Source: ANME-2 cluster archaeon
GTDB lineage: Archaea; Halobacteriota; Methanosarcinia; Methanosarcinales; Methanocomedenaceae
Length of the DNA: 64,000 bases
Direction of reading: 5' to 3'
Assembly: GCA_019429385.1 (NCBI GenBank)
Contig: JAHYIS010000007.1
Span: 5,909 to 69,908, forward strand
Positions within the stretch are counted from its first letter, which is position 1. The number at the start of each line of letters is the position of its first letter. Of this stretch, positions 59,589 to 64,000 are shown in pieces. The notes beneath the pieces are model-generated. The model saw only the letters and a program-made list of their open reading frames with translations. It was not told the origin of the DNA and did no database searches. The position numbers were made by a program, and so were the translations under genes.

Positions 59589-60104
59589 TTATGCAAAAGG
59601 ATGTGAAGCTTGATCTTTTCTTGAAAGTGCCTCGTCGACTGAAGGTTCCCCTTTCATGGCCCGTTCTATGGCAAGTTTCGTTGCTTCGTAGTTATACTCA
59701 TAGATCTTGGCCTTATCATTTGCATCCCATTCAATGAATATTGAAACTATGATCACCACATCCTCAGCATCTCCCTTGTTGATGATCCCTGCTTCTACCG
59801 AGTCCATGACTGCCTTGGCTACAGCAGCCTGGGCGGCCCCGAACATAAGTATTGCCTGTTGAGCATTTTTAATGGTTACCTTATTTACAATAAGGGTCGC
59901 AGGTTTAGGCTGAAGGTTGGGTTCGAGAACTGCCAGAAGGGGTGTGTGTCCCTGCCTTGGCATTGCCAGAGAGTTCATAAACGCAGTTTCCACGGGGCCA
60001 CCTTTTGGACCGATTACCAGATCGATATGAGCAATTTCGGGCCCATCACCTACAAGCGCTTCACCGATCATACTTTTAACAATTTTATTCGCCAAAATTT
60101 TCAC
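59589..60104 (-). CDS. fae: Formaldehyde-activating enzyme Fae (stand-alone)
   Basis: IGEALVGDGPEIAHIDLVIGPKGGPVETAF...GHTPLLAVLEPNL..KPATLIVNKVTIKN...YNYEATKLAI is close to the canonical Fae sequence. I propose a GTG start at 60104 after GGAGGA. The track start at 60191 is over-extended. Confidence 0.9.
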   Translation of the reverse strand: MKILANKIVKSMIGEALVGDGPEIAHIDLVIGPKGGPVETAFMNSLAMPRQGHTPLLAVLEPNLQPKPATLIVNKVTIKNAQQAILMFGAAQAAVAKAVMDSVEAGIINKGDAEDVVIIVSIFIEWDANDKAKIYEYNYEATKLAIERAMKGEPSVDEALSRKDQASHPFA

Positions 60105-60240
60105 CAATCCTCCAAGTTCATAGAAGGTTATTAATTTTTTGATTTGAGGATTATTTTTATAAAAATCAAATAAGTATCGTATCATTCTCAAGCAAATGAA
60201 ATAATTACATGGAAATAATAAGACCTGAATTTATAAAAAA

Positions 60241-61533
60241 TCAAAAATAAAACATCAGCAGTGGCAACAGCAACACACCCATCGCATGGCTCCGCCTCAC
60301 CTTCAGGTAAGGTGCAAGCATTCCAACTGGTATACCCATCCCGAATACCACAAGCCCGAACCAGCCTGAGAAAAGGAATACCATTCCCGTCAGCCCGGTC
60401 AGTATCACGATACACAACATCCGGTAATTAATCCTGGTCACTATGGTCAATATCCTGTCCCCCAGGAAAATAGTTACAAAATACGCTGCTATGGATACAC
60501 CGACAACGATTATCAATAAAAGAACAAGAGTATCCAGGTCCAGATGTGCCCCACCCAGTATATCTGCCACAGCCACCATGGCCCCGCTACGGGTCTTGCC
60601 AATCACGTAAAGCGCGATCAAACCAAAAATTGCATTAGCCGTGTTGACACCTGAGATAGATACTATGAACTCGCGGCCCGAATCCTCATCCGCATAATCC
60701 TCCTTCACCCCTATCCGGGCCAATACCGTGGCTACTGCCCCGGTAATACCTGGCAACCACGCCACAAATGCACCGGCAGCGCTGCCGATAATGGTCCCCC
60801 GCACTATGCGTCTCCGTGACAATACCAGCTTGGAACTGAACTGAGCAGGGATAACGGTATCGGTCATCATACTGATGACAAGCATTGAAGCCCCGAACAG
60901 GCCGCTGAACAATGGCATCAGTATCGAAGGTTCCCCTATGGAGATAACAGGCTTCATCAACGTCTGCGACTCAAAGGCCACAAGGCCCAGCATTCCGGAC
61001 AGCAAGAATAATAATGCAGCAAATGCCCGGTATTTAAAGCGGGCCAGCGAACCCTGGCCTTCTATCATTTCCCCTTTTTCCGTATATATCAATACCAGGA
61101 CCACAACCAGCAGTATCCATCCCATATACCTGTTCACCAGCGGATACATGACAGCAAATGATGCTGATAGCGGAAGCATCAATACCAGTGATACTAATAC
61201 CGCACCGGCACTCCCCAATGCCGACAGCCTTACTGCCTCGGCACCAAAGCCATCGAGGAGCAACTGGTGTCCGGGAAGTACTGCCAGGGAAGTATCTGCC
61301 TCGGGTGCACCCAGGAAAACCGATGGAATAATGTTAACAAATGTATGGGTCAGCGAAGACGAAACAATAGTAGCTGCAATACATAACGGTGATAAGCCTG
61401 ATTCAAGCAGCCATGGAGCAAAAGCTGCCAGCATGAAAGCAAACGTGTTGGTATGGATACCGGGTACCAGTCCGCTGATCACGCCAAGCAAGAACCCAGC
61501 CAGTATACTTATAAAGAGCAGACTGAGATTCAT
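60241..61533 (-). CDS. TctA-family (tripartite tricarboxylate transporter large permease / DUF112) membrane protein
   Basis: 430 aa, about 12 TM segments. The N-terminus LAGFLLGVISGLVPGIHTNTFA is typical of archaeal DUF112/TctA proteins. Confidence 0.65.
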   Translation of the reverse strand: MNLSLLFISILAGFLLGVISGLVPGIHTNTFAFMLAAFAPWLLESGLSPLCIAATIVSSSLTHTFVNIIPSVFLGAPEADTSLAVLPGHQLLLDGFGAEAVRLSALGSAGAVLVSLVLMLPLSASFAVMYPLVNRYMGWILLVVVLVLIYTEKGEMIEGQGSLARFKYRAFAALLFLLSGMLGLVAFESQTLMKPVISIGEPSILMPLFSGLFGASMLVISMMTDTVIPAQFSSKLVLSRRRIVRGTIIGSAAGAFVAWLPGITGAVATVLARIGVKEDYADEDSGREFIVSISGVNTANAIFGLIALYVIGKTRSGAMVAVADILGGAHLDLDTLVLLLIIVVGVSIAAYFVTIFLGDRILTIVTRINYRMLCIVILTGLTGMVFLFSGWFGLVVFGMGIPVGMLAPYLKVRRSHAMGVLLLPLLMFYF

Positions 61534-61735
61534 ACCGGAATCCCCCTGTTATTGAGGTAAATGCTTCGGGTTGATTTTAGGTTTATGGGTATTTTAATGT
61601 TCATTACTGTTACCATTCGAAGTACAAAAACCGGGTATAATGAATATAAATTTTTTGATAATGCATCACGACCACCCTGTAGTATCACGACACATTTGGA
61701 AGCTGTTAAATCATATATCAAAGATAAAGAATCTC

Positions 61736-62437
61736 ATGAAAATTGCAGTCACCAGGCTTGAAGAAAAGTCCAAAGGCACGAATGAGCTCTTTGCACGGTA
61801 CGGTCACGAGGCCATTCTGGTTCCAACTATGAAGACCGCACCTGCACTGGACTCTGGACCACTGAACACGCTGTGTGCTAAAGTGGCTGCGGGAGAAGTA
61901 CACTTCCTGATATTCTCAAGTACCATGGGTGTCAGGTATTTCTTTGACCAATGCAAAATGGTGCCTGATGGTATTGTCATGATAGCTGTTGGTCCAAAGA
62001 CTGCCGATGCCGTCTGCGAGAAGGGATTCGCCTGCGAGACCATACCTTCTTATTCCTCTGACCACTTTGCATCCCATCTCGGGTCACGCATCAAAGGTAA
62101 AACCGTTGGGTTGGTCCGCCCTGATGTTCCCAATTCCCAGCTTGTGGAATCACTCACTTCCCTGGATGCACAGGTTGTCGAAGGTATAGCGTACCGGCTT
62201 TTACCCTGCGGTCATGAATTCAAGGATATACTGCCAGATGTGGATGCCGTGATCTACACCAGCGGCAAGTCATTCTTACTTTCAGGAGTATCAAACGAAG
62301 AACTGGAAGGCAAAATTGTGGTAGCCATTGGCCCAAAATGTGCCGCTGTCATGAAACAAAAAGGTATCAACCCTGACATCATAGGAAATGGTACCCTGGA
62401 AGGTTGTTTAACAGCCCTGAGGGCTCATTCCAGATAA
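61736..62437 (+). CDS. hemD: Uroporphyrinogen-III synthase
   Basis: MKIAVTR...LVPTMKT...FLIFSSTMGVRYFF...IVAIGPKCA... gives the HemD two-lobe pattern. ATG at 61736 is preferred. Confidence 0.8.
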   Translation: MKIAVTRLEEKSKGTNELFARYGHEAILVPTMKTAPALDSGPLNTLCAKVAAGEVHFLIFSSTMGVRYFFDQCKMVPDGIVMIAVGPKTADAVCEKGFACETIPSYSSDHFASHLGSRIKGKTVGLVRPDVPNSQLVESLTSLDAQVVEGIAYRLLPCGHEFKDILPDVDAVIYTSGKSFLLSGVSNEELEGKIVVAIGPKCAAVMKQKGINPDIIGNGTLEGCLTALRAHSR

Positions 62438-62616
62438 ACAAGGGCTTTGTTGGGACATATCTCGATACACTTCCCACACCGTGTACATTTATCATAATTT
62501 ATGCGGACATCACCATCCACCCGGTACAGCGCACCTTCCGGACAGATATTATCGCATTTATTACATTTACGGCAGCCGTGAACCACCACATACCCGTCAT
62601 TTTCCATAGATACCAT
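62425..62616 (-). CDS. Small 2x[4Fe-4S] ferredoxin-domain protein
   Basis: CRKCNKCDNICP and CTRCGKCIEICP motifs. The track ORF N-terminus (to 62745) is probably spurious. Confidence 0.75.
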   Translation of the reverse strand: MVSMENDGYVVVHGCRKCNKCDNICPEGALYRVDGDVRINYDKCTRCGKCIEICPNKALVYLE

Positions 62617-62732
62617 CAATAAACTATATAAGTGACCAAATCTATCTTGATAATGGTTTTGTACAAACTGTACAATATTGTATTTAACATTTACCCCAAA
62701 CCGGACGACCAAATTATATCGAGGATGAAAAA

Positions 62733-63110
62733 ATGCCCAGTTCAATACCTGAAATGATACATGGGAATTTCAATTGCAGTGATATTGCCAAATGCGTGCT
62801 GGGATTGAAAACCCTTGACCTTGATACGTACCGCCTGCTTGTACAGGAAGGGCCTAAAACTGCTGAAGAACTTGGGGAGTTGCTGAACAGGGAACGCAGT
62901 ACCGCATACCGCGCACTTCAAAATCTCATGTCATGCGGACTGGTCTACAGGGAAACAAAGACCATAGAGGGCGGAGGATATTATTATATCTACAATGCAC
63001 TTGACCCCTGCAAGTTAAAGGACATGGTACAGGACAATATCGACACCTGGCATAAGAAGATGAGTGCTCTGACAAAGGATATTGAAAAAGATATCCTGGA
63101 GCAGCCTTAG
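62733..63110 (+). CDS. TrmB/ArsR-like winged-helix transcriptional regulator
   Basis: ...LDLDTYRLLVQEGPKTAEELGELLNRERSTAYRALQNLMSCGLVYRE... is an HTH plus wing pattern. Confidence 0.75.
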   Translation: MPSSIPEMIHGNFNCSDIAKCVLGLKTLDLDTYRLLVQEGPKTAEELGELLNRERSTAYRALQNLMSCGLVYRETKTIEGGGYYYIYNALDPCKLKDMVQDNIDTWHKKMSALTKDIEKDILEQP

Positions 63111-63179
63111 ACCTTACCGGTCCACCTGAAACCACTAATAAACCTGAAAAATCTTTTAATATGAAACGACTTTTTTTAT

Positions 63180-64000
63180 CTAAAACAAGAGGTCACAGAT
63201 CTCTTCAACCTTTTCCCTTAACTCCTTTTGACCCACACCCATCATACCGGCAACGAACATGGCTCCACCGGCACCAACTCCTTCTTTCACCACCCCTGAT
63301 TCGTACATTCTCAGTCCAGGGTTCCTTGATTGGTCAAAACCCGGGTCCACGATATGAGCTGCATATCCCAGTGCCGATACCGTATTTAGGAAACTGGCAG
63401 TCTCATCCTGTGCCACATATTTTGTGGTAGCAATTGACACATCAGCCGTTATTCCGAAATGTTTGATGAGCGCAAGAACTGCCATCATCTGGGTGCCTCC
63501 TGCCAGTATTGATGTAGTACCTTCCAGCCCATCCACCAGACCACAGACACACGCCATCATAGGGTCACCGACACATTCAATGGCTTGCATCGGTGAATGT
63601 GACAGCCCGCCAAAAGAGATACCCGCCCTGTCCAGGGCTTGTGCCACTACCTGCTGTTTTATAGTAACTGGATTTTGCAGGTAACTGCTGCTCACCCTGC
63701 CATCAACACCAAGTGCCTGTAATACAGCCATGGCAGTAGTGGTGCCACCGGGCACGCTTTCACCTATCACAACGAAATCTGAAAAACGTCGTATCTGGCG
63801 CCCCAGTTCCAGCGCGTTATCGTATACCAGTCTGGCATCCAAAACCGCATTGCTTGTCCTGATATCGCCTCCGGGCTTTGCGTCCACATCCAGCAAGGGT
63901 ATCCGTGGACGGATGTGCAGACCGCTGTTGATGAACATAAAAGGCATACCTGTAAGCAGCATCGCTGCACGGGTGATAACGGCAGGTGTCGGACTGTTGC
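63180..64000 (-). CDS. CobT-like nicotinate-nucleotide--dimethylbenzimidazole phosphoribosyltransferase homologue (archaeal UPF0284 type), 5'-truncated by the window end
   Basis: ...VVIGESVPGGTTTAMAVLQALG... and ...CVGDPMMACVCGL...ILAGGTQM... motifs. The reading frame stays open upstream of the track ATG (63962) to the window edge. Confidence 0.7.
   Translation of the reverse strand, partial: NSPTPAVITRAAMLLTGMPFMFINSGLHIRPRIPLLDVDAKPGGDIRTSNAVLDARLVYDNALELGRQIRRFSDFVVIGESVPGGTTTAMAVLQALGVDGRVSSSYLQNPVTIKQQVVAQALDRAGISFGGLSHSPMQAIECVGDPMMACVCGLVDGLEGTTSILAGGTQMMAVLALIKHFGITADVSIATTKYVAQDETASFLNTVSALGYAAHIVDPGFDQSRNPGLRMYESGVVKEGVGAGGAMFVAGMMGVGQKELREKVEEICDLLF

Overview
This window is an archaeal chromosomal segment. 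Its gene content looks like a methanogen or ANME-type (Methanosarcinales-like) euryarchaeon. It has split RpoB''/B' and RpoA'/A'', and the conserved rpoH-rpoB-rpoA-L30e-nusA-S12-S7-EF2-EF1a-S10 cluster. It also has Fae, HPS, MfnB, G1P dehydrogenase, a tungstate ABC transporter, a tungsten-type AOR and MoaA. About 60 kb is ordinary housekeeping DNA. Many N-termini in the supplied ORF track are over-extended, and many listed ORFs are antisense artefacts.

Two things are not ordinary.

(1) The first ~4.3 kb is a visibly AT-rich accessory segment. Four same-orientation copies, plus one degenerate core, of a GC-rich 150-250 bp structured repeat separate short gene cassettes. The cassettes are a partial Zn-ribbon gene, an unknown helical protein with a PIN-like protein, VapBC, and an antitoxin with a RelE/ParE toxin. 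The array ends at a GGGTACCC core beside the 3' end of gltX. I read this as an integron-like or tandem-integration cassette array, or a novel structured repeat/ncRNA family. No recombinase is visible in the window.

(2) Between 28 and 42 kb there are four near-perfect tandem-repeat loci. Two are in frame inside essential-type genes: the PriL C-terminus (39-bp units) and a U32 peptidase (18-bp units). Two are intergenic: 29-30-bp units, and a (GGGATA)n G-quadruplex-prone tract.

The window also contains an intron-bearing tRNA-Lys(UUU), a small AT-rich islet carrying HicAB and a chorismate mutase, and a highly basic 57-aa ORF missing from the ORF track. I found no CRISPR array, rRNA, transposase or integrase.
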